Positions 59,705 through 59,730 of a stretch of DNA of 59,730 nt are shown in pieces. The stretch comes from Cyanophora paradoxa CCMP329 (lineage: Eukaryota > Plantae > Glaucophyta), in NCBI GenBank assembly GCA_004431415.1, contig QPMI01000069.1:1-59730 (forward strand), written 5' to 3'. Numbering within the stretch: position 1 is the first letter of the stretch; every line of letters starts with the position of its first letter. Both the position numbers and the translations under genes were made by a program. A model generated the notes under the pieces. That model saw only the letters and a list, made by a program, of their open reading frames with translations, ran no database searches and had not been told where the DNA came from.

Positions 59705-59730
59705 TTTGAACAAATTAATAAATAAACCTG

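Larger units (their letters stand above)
41230..59730. mobile_element. Endogenous Polinton/Maverick-like virus (right end outside the window)
   Basis: Abrupt drop from high GC to roughly 40% GC by eye, with densely packed intron-free genes for integrase, pPolB, primase-helicase, packaging ATPase and major and minor capsid-like proteins. Confidence 0.93.

Noticed and set aside
41230-59730. Bacterial prophage or contaminant contig
   Set aside because: The gene set (rve integrase, Maverick-type pPolB, A32 ATPase, penton-like genes) is eukaryotic-viral, with no terminase or portal genes and no clear Shine-Dalgarno pattern.

Overview
Eukaryotic genomic DNA in two sharply different halves. Bases 1 to ~41,230 are very GC-rich host DNA dense in short introns (GT-AG and frequent GC-AG, GCTGAC-like branch points). 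They carry an acetyl-CoA synthetase, two unidentified GC-rich genes and an alpha-glucan water dikinase with no evident plastid transit peptide, which suggests a cytosolic-starch protist such as a glaucophyte (inference only). They also carry a tRNA-Val(TAC) with a partial duplicate, a ~19 kb multi-exon gene for a giant surface/membrane protein (LamG, five tandem repeats, IPT/PKD-like domains, multi-TM C-terminus) and a 3' fragment of a non-LTR retrotransposon. From ~41,230 to the end lies an AT-rich, intron-free endogenous Polinton/Maverick-like dsDNA virus apparently inserted into that retroelement. It has a ~1.6 kb structured non-coding left end, an rve integrase, a protein-primed PolB, a GIY-YIG nuclease, an AEP-PriCT2-SF3 primase-helicase, a packaging ATPase, a major capsid protein, two divergent minor-capsid-like genes, a discoidin-like gene, a patatin and a fibre-like gene; its right end is outside the window. 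The most notable signals are a palindromic iteron-like module present twice and bracketing the integrase-PolB-GIY-YIG block, near-total CpG loss except in TCG/CGA context, a PolB with an eroded proofreading domain, and a nested terminal hairpin. Many 1-bp indels, concentrated at both window ends, are probably long-read errors. All calls come from motif recognition by eye; no searches were run, and the boundaries of spliced genes are approximate.
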